Shown here piece after piece: positions 58,896 to 64,000 of a DNA stretch of 64,000 nt. The DNA lies in the NCBI GenBank assembly GCA_019695295.1, contig JAIBAH010000011.1, positions 2,956 through 66,955 on the forward strand, given 5' to 3'. Within the stretch, counting starts at the first letter, position 1. Every line of letters begins with the position of its first letter. This stretch comes from Bacteroidia bacterium (GTDB lineage Bacteria; Bacteroidota; Bacteroidia; J057). Both the position numbers and the translations under genes were made by a program. A model generated the notes under the pieces. The model saw nothing but the letters and a program-made list of their open reading frames with translations, was not told the DNA's origin and did no database searches.

Positions 58896-60134
58896 ATGTC
58901 CTTAAAAACTCAGACAGACCAGTTTCTTTACAGGCGTTTTAGTGCGGATGACCCGGAGAAATTAAAAGAACTTGAAACCCTCGCTCAAAAAGAGGGGGTA
59001 AATATATTGCAGTATGAATCCTTGCTCAGAAGCGGGTACAGTAATTTTCCGGATGTCAATCCGCTCAGAGGAAAAATCTCCCGTTTGTCTTTTACGTGCG
59101 ACTACACCGGGCTGAAAATTCCCTATTATCTCTATGTCCCACCGGGATATTCTCCAGGGAACCCGTCTCCCCTCACCCTGATTGCACATGGGGGGAATAA
59201 TGCCATGTCTCCCGACGAAGCCCTGGATACAGCGCTGGACTATATCCGGGCATACTCTCCTATCGGAGTAAATGGTAATCATATTCTGGCAGCACCGGCA
59301 AGTTCCAGGGGATGGGGTTCAGTTGGGGTAGGAAATCTCTTTTCCCTCCGCTCATTACTCACCCGAACCTTTCATATTCATCCTGACAAAATCCACATTA
59401 CGGGTCAATCGATGGGTGGACATCTTGCCTATCGTATGGCGCTTTGGTTCTCTGACCGTTTTGGGGCAATTTCACCACACAGCGGAGGGTATGATTATGT
59501 ATCTCAGGATATTATCGTGAATCTGCTGGATTCCAAAGCCTATTCTGTATTCGGTGAATATGAGCCTTACGGAATCAACGAAGCCAATAAAATCAATGAG
59601 CAATGGCTGAAAAAACAGCAGACAAACTGGGTTTTTGTAGAGAAAAAAGGCGGAGGACACAGCATTTATCCGGATGAGATGAACAACATCATCCGGTTTT
59701 TCAATCAGTATCCCCGAAATCTCTATCCTCCAAAAGTAAGGATGAAAATCAGGGGAAGCATGATTTTTGAAGGAGAAAGTCACCCAAACTGGGGCAATGA
59801 AATGATTAAACCCATTCAGGGCCGAACCTTCTCTTCCCGCTCCCGTTACTGGCTCAGAATCATGAAAGGCATAGACATGAATCAGTATATGGAATTATCC
59901 GGTGAAATCCGGAACGGAAATATTATCTCTGTTCAGCAAAAAAATGTTTCGGAATTTGAGTTGTGGTTACACCCGAAAATGGTAGACTGGAGTCAAAAAG
60001 TAAAAGTAATCCTTAACGGAAAAACCATTTACGAGGAACTTCCCTCCGAAAATCTCAAAGAGATGCTCACACATGTCAAAGAATATGACGACAGGGGGCG
60101 GATATTCTATCAAAAACTGGTTTTTAATGCATGA
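58896..60134 (+). CDS. alpha/beta hydrolase (esterase/peptidase-like)
   Basis: It has the nucleophile elbow ITGQSMGGH, an oxyanion-type IAHGGNN and a candidate catalytic His in GGGHSIYPDE. There is no signal peptide. It starts 14 nt after the vWA stop. Confidence 0.7.
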   Translation: MSLKTQTDQFLYRRFSADDPEKLKELETLAQKEGVNILQYESLLRSGYSNFPDVNPLRGKISRLSFTCDYTGLKIPYYLYVPPGYSPGNPSPLTLIAHGGNNAMSPDEALDTALDYIRAYSPIGVNGNHILAAPASSRGWGSVGVGNLFSLRSLLTRTFHIHPDKIHITGQSMGGHLAYRMALWFSDRFGAISPHSGGYDYVSQDIIVNLLDSKAYSVFGEYEPYGINEANKINEQWLKKQQTNWVFVEKKGGGHSIYPDEMNNIIRFFNQYPRNLYPPKVRMKIRGSMIFEGESHPNWGNEMIKPIQGRTFSSRSRYWLRIMKGIDMNQYMELSGEIRNGNIISVQQKNVSEFELWLHPKMVDWSQKVKVILNGKTIYEELPSENLKEMLTHVKEYDDRGRIFYQKLVFNA

Positions 60135-62476
60135 TTCAGGTTTTTACCACTTTTTATAATAAAAAAGAGATGATTCAATATTTCTCCCAAAGTTGTCTGT
60201 TGATTGTCTTTTATCTGCTTTCGTTTTTGCCGGTTTACAGTCAGCCCGGGATTATGACGATGAAAGAAACAGGAACTGGTCCTTCTTCTGCTTTATATAG
60301 CCTTATAGCCTCCTCTGACAATCATTTTTACTGTGCCGGATACATTACAGATTCCACGCCTTCTCAAACGAATGGACATCTGATAAAACTGAATGAAAAA
60401 GGCGAAATTCTTTGGGAGAAAATCCTTGACAAAGGCCATAATGAAAAGGTAATTTCGATTTTTTCCGATAATCAGGGGGGCGTTTTTTCCCTTATGTCCC
60501 ATTCTCCAGATTCCCTTTCGCCCTGGAAAAACCGGAAAACCTTTCTGATTCATTTTGACGAAAACGGGAATCTTCTTTCCGAAATGGCGCAGGAGAAAGA
60601 AAATGCACTTTTTCCGCCGGTTCAGCAATTGTCCGGAGGCGATTTTTTATCTCTGGTGTATCATAAAAATGCTGCGGATTCTGCCGCAAACCCGGTTCCC
60701 GGACTAGTGAAACTGAATGCAAAGGGAGAAATTCTCTGGAAGAAAAGCTATCTGCCGGATTCCGGAATTGTCAGTGAAGCAACTTTCATGCGCTTACCCA
60801 ATGAGGAAATTCTGTTTATCATGGCAGTGAGTTTTCCGCCGGATAGTATGGATTTCTCAAAGTACTGGAAATGGAATCAGGAAGGAATTTACCTGATCCG
60901 GTGTAAAAATGACGGGACTGAAATCAGCCGGAAATATCTTCCGCCATTCTCAAAAGTCTATATTATCCAACCCACAAAAGACGGGAATTTTATAGCGGCA
61001 GGAAGTAAAAATGTGGATGAAGACTCTGATACAGAGATTGATATTTTCATCCGGAAAATCGCCATTTCAGGGGAAACGATATGGGAAAAACAAATTCATG
61101 TACAAAAATATGACTCTCCTATGGAAATTTCAGAGTTATCCTCCGGCAATATTATACTTTCCGCTTATTGTGGAGGCAGCTGGGTGACAGCCTCTGCGCA
61201 CACCGCTTTGTTTGAATTGAGCGGAAAGGGAGAAACTCTTTGGAGCAAAGTTTTCCGTGACGGAAATTGTATCAATCAACTCGTTCAGAAAAAGGACAGT
61301 ACTTACTTTGGAGTGGGTTTATTTTCTGAAACTTATGTACAGAAAGAGGATGATTCCTATTCTTTTTCCCATGATAAATCCTTCGAAAGCAAATCCCGTT
61401 TGTATCATCTCAGCAGCAATCAGGTATTATGGCAGAAACATCTTTCCACTTTCAATAGTTCGGAGCAGGCTTATTGTATCGAAAAAAGCAAAGACAACGG
61501 ATTTTACCTTTCCGGGATAGACTTTAACGGAAACCATATTTTCATCCGGAAGATAGACGAAAACGGGAATACGTTATGGGTCAACAGTATGGGCACATGG
61601 AGTGCTTCGATGGAAGTACCTTCAGGCGTCACAGAACTGGCTGAAGGTGGCTGCATTGCTTTCAATAATAAAGATGATTTGTATCGTTTTTCTGAATCCG
61701 GAGAAATGCTCTGGAAAAACAAAAACCTTGACTTTAAGCATATTTCCGGAATTAAACCCCATAAGAAAAACACTTTTTTTGTAGCGGGTTCGGTTTGGTT
61801 GAATTACCCGGAAAATAATTTATGGTGGGGAATTACAGGAGAAGACGGCAACCTCATTTCAGAGAAAGAAAAACACTTTTCCTTGCCGGTAAAGGTCTGG
61901 GATATAGAAAAATGCAGGGATGAAGGATTTCTTCTGGGATGTGAAGCAGGCGAGCCGGGAGAAAATATCATTCAGCTTGTGAAAATTGACAAGGAGGGGG
62001 AATACGAATGGAATGAGCTTTACCCGATGGGAAAATCCTCTGAAGCCCGAAGCGTAGCCGAGTTAAAATCAGGAGGGTACGCAATTGGAGGGATTTCCTA
62101 TAATCCGCAGGAGAAATACCGGGCGGTTTTGATAAAAACGGACTCCAAAGGAAAGAAAGAATGGGATTTAAAACTGGTGAAAACAGAGAGCGAATTATTT
62201 ACGAGCGTAATCACCGTTGATACCGCAGGCTATATTTTGCTTGCAGCAACCCATAAGTTCAATAGCTATAAAGGAGAACAGGAAATTTATGTCACAAAAA
62301 TATCAGAAAAGGGAGAAATTATCTGGGAAAAATTCCTCTGTGGCGCAGGGTCTCATCAGGTGGGTGGGATTGCCCTTACGCATGACAATCATATTCTGAT
62401 TACGGGCTATTCCAGTTATCATCAAACCCATAAAAGCGAACCGGAAATTTTGCTGGTGAAGGTAAAAAATGACTGA
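60131..62476 (+). CDS. exported repeat protein (about 13-14 beta-propeller-like blades), paralogue of the caspase N-domain
   Basis: G(E/K).(L/I)W.K-type repeats recur every ~50-55 aa. The ATG at 60131 overlaps the hydrolase stop (ATGA). The signal-like segment starts at the second Met (ATG 60170: MIQYFSQSCLLIVFYLLSFLPVYSQ), so 60170 is an alternative start. Confidence 0.65.
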   Translation: MIQVFTTFYNKKEMIQYFSQSCLLIVFYLLSFLPVYSQPGIMTMKETGTGPSSALYSLIASSDNHFYCAGYITDSTPSQTNGHLIKLNEKGEILWEKILDKGHNEKVISIFSDNQGGVFSLMSHSPDSLSPWKNRKTFLIHFDENGNLLSEMAQEKENALFPPVQQLSGGDFLSLVYHKNAADSAANPVPGLVKLNAKGEILWKKSYLPDSGIVSEATFMRLPNEEILFIMAVSFPPDSMDFSKYWKWNQEGIYLIRCKNDGTEISRKYLPPFSKVYIIQPTKDGNFIAAGSKNVDEDSDTEIDIFIRKIAISGETIWEKQIHVQKYDSPMEISELSSGNIILSAYCGGSWVTASAHTALFELSGKGETLWSKVFRDGNCINQLVQKKDSTYFGVGLFSETYVQKEDDSYSFSHDKSFESKSRLYHLSSNQVLWQKHLSTFNSSEQAYCIEKSKDNGFYLSGIDFNGNHIFIRKIDENGNTLWVNSMGTWSASMEVPSGVTELAEGGCIAFNNKDDLYRFSESGEMLWKNKNLDFKHISGIKPHKKNTFFVAGSVWLNYPENNLWWGITGEDGNLISEKEKHFSLPVKVWDIEKCRDEGFLLGCEAGEPGENIIQLVKIDKEGEYEWNELYPMGKSSEARSVAELKSGGYAIGGISYNPQEKYRAVLIKTDSKGKKEWDLKLVKTESELFTSVITVDTAGYILLAATHKFNSYKGEQEIYVTKISEKGEIIWEKFLCGAGSHQVGGIALTHDNHILITGYSSYHQTHKSEPEILLVKVKND

Positions 62477-62523
62477 GCTGTTTTGATTTAAAATAATCCC
62501 TTACAGAACGATTAAAAATCTCA

Positions 62524-62531
62524 TATCTTTG
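62524..62531 (+). promoter_or_regulatory. putative -7 box (TAnnTTTG) for the MBOAT gene
   Basis: TATCTTTG lies 34 nt upstream of the start at 62565. Confidence 0.4.
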
Positions 62532-62564
62532 CTGTAAGATTACCAGTAGCAAATAAATACTTTT

Positions 62565-63989
62565 TTGGTTTTTAGCAGTATCATATTTTTACTTTATTTC
62601 TTACCGCTTTTTTTGTGGGTATATCTGCTTGTACCCAAATCCCTGAAAAATGCCGTTATCCTTATAGGAAGTTGTCTGTTTTATGCCTGGGAGTCCCCTC
62701 AGTTTGTGTTCGTAATCCTTACCACAACGTGGTTAGATTATCATTTTGTACGTCAAATGGACAAAGTAGAAAGCCCCTTTCTGAGAAAAATCTGGCTGGT
62801 TTTTTCTTTAAGCCTGAACCTTGGGTTATTATTTTATTTTAAATATTGTAATTTTTTTGTAGAAAATCTCAGCGAAATGCTTTCGGAAGGCTCCGGAACA
62901 GTAACTCCCTGGATAAAACTTGCGCTTCCCATAGGCATTTCATTCTATACCTTTGAAAGCATTACTTATGTAGTGGATGTTTACAGAAAAATCCATAAAC
63001 CGCTTCGGAATTTCTGGTTGTATCAGGTTTATATCATGCTATTTCCCAAACTAATAGCAGGCCCGGTGATCCGTTATCATGAGATATCAGAACAGTTGAC
63101 TAACAGAATCGAAACCGCTGAGCTAAGACTTTATGGCTTGTACCGTTTTATCATCGGACTTTCCAAAAAAGTATGGATTGCCAATACAATGGCGGGGTAT
63201 GCGGCGGATATTTATAGTCATTCTCCTGATAAAATCAGTACTTTGGGAGCGTGGACTGGCGCACTCGCTTATACGTTTCAAATTTATTTTGATTTTTCGG
63301 GTTATTCAGATATGGCAATTGGGATTGGAAAGATGATGGGATTTCGTTTTCCCGAAAATTTCAATAATCCCTATTCTTCCCTGAGTATTACCGAGTTTTG
63401 GAAACGGTGGCACATCACACTCGGAGCGTGGATGCGCAATTATTTATATATCCCTCTAGGGGGAAATCAAGTAACCCCTCCTTACCGCATTTATGTGAAT
63501 CTTATGGTGGTCTTTTTGATATCCGGATTCTGGCATGGAGCGGAATGGGCATTTGTCTTTTGGGGGCTGTATCATGGATTTTTTCTGATTGTGGAAAGGC
63601 TTTTTTTGCTGAAAATTCTCCAAAATTTACCAAAATTCGTGGGATTATTCTATGCTTTTTTGGTTGTAGTGATAGGCTTAGTATTTTTCAATCTGGAGGA
63701 AATTCCCAAAAGCATAGCATTTCTCAAAATAATGTTTGGGGAGGGCAAGCCTGATGCCTATCAATCCACAATGGATTTTATGTTCTTATTTTATTTCACT
63801 CTTGCCTTTCTATTCAGTTTTTGGATACTCCTTCCAAAAGGAAAAGCAATTCAGGAAGTCGTTTTTTCAGAAAAATACGGGTTTAAAGAACACGTTTTTG
63901 CATCCTTTCTCAGTTTTATTTTTTTAATCCTTTGCGCAGCCAAAATTACCGGCTCTGATTTTAATCCATTTATTTATTTCCGTTTCTGA
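62565..63989 (+). CDS. MBOAT-family membrane O-acyltransferase (AlgI/DltB-like)
   Basis: It is polytopic, with FDFSGYSDMAIG, FWKRWHITLGAWMRNY and the catalytic-His region FLISGFWHGAEW. The start codon appears to be TTG, with no in-frame ATG near the conserved MVFSS N-terminus. Confidence 0.9.
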   Translation: MVFSSIIFLLYFLPLFLWVYLLVPKSLKNAVILIGSCLFYAWESPQFVFVILTTTWLDYHFVRQMDKVESPFLRKIWLVFSLSLNLGLLFYFKYCNFFVENLSEMLSEGSGTVTPWIKLALPIGISFYTFESITYVVDVYRKIHKPLRNFWLYQVYIMLFPKLIAGPVIRYHEISEQLTNRIETAELRLYGLYRFIIGLSKKVWIANTMAGYAADIYSHSPDKISTLGAWTGALAYTFQIYFDFSGYSDMAIGIGKMMGFRFPENFNNPYSSLSITEFWKRWHITLGAWMRNYLYIPLGGNQVTPPYRIYVNLMVVFLISGFWHGAEWAFVFWGLYHGFFLIVERLFLLKILQNLPKFVGLFYAFLVVVIGLVFFNLEEIPKSIAFLKIMFGEGKPDAYQSTMDFMFLFYFTLAFLFSFWILLPKGKAIQEVVFSEKYGFKEHVFASFLSFIFLILCAAKITGSDFNPFIYFRF

Positions 63990-64000
63990 TATGAAAAATC

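Noticed and set aside
63991-64000. An ATG lies one nucleotide after the MBOAT stop, possibly the start of the usual downstream AlgJ/DHHW-type partner gene.
   Set aside because: Only 10 nt fall inside the window, which is too little to support a feature.

Overview
The window looks like a chromosomal segment of a Bacteroidota genome. The evidence is roughly 40% GC, several T9SS C-terminal sorting domains, TAnnTTTG -7 promoter boxes close to start codons, and little Shine-Dalgarno signal. I can support 47 protein-coding genes and one tRNA-Leu(CAG). I saw no rRNA, CRISPR array, transposase, integrase or phage genes, and no obvious compositional island. Most of the window is housekeeping: rocD, a 2-oxoacid dehydrogenase E2, nadB, the full elongasome operon mreB-mreC-mreD-mrdA-rodA, rsmE, a UbiB/ABC1 kinase, aroE, a ClC channel, an ldhA-CaCA-Ca-ATPase operon, an AI-2E transporter, OmpA, def, a LOG-family protein, a lytic transglycosylase and an MBOAT acyltransferase. 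Five regions deserve a second look. (1) A compact AAA_5 ATPase / DUF5682 (YehM-like) / vWA cassette of unknown function lies beside the tRNA (49551-54192). (2) An exported beta-propeller-like repeat protein is fused to a caspase (C14) domain with an intact His/Cys dyad (6198-8255). (3) An operon encodes a cytoplasmic vWA protein, an alpha/beta hydrolase and a double-propeller paralogue of the caspase N-domain (57829-62476). (4) An operon encodes a DUF547 lipoprotein, an FAD oxidoreductase and a NapH-like membrane polyferredoxin (44922-49048). (5) A cytoplasmic LRR protein sits next to a secreted glycine-rich protein (32950-36668). All calls come from reading motifs in the supplied translations and DNA; no searches were run. 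Coordinates derived by hand counting may be off by a base or two.
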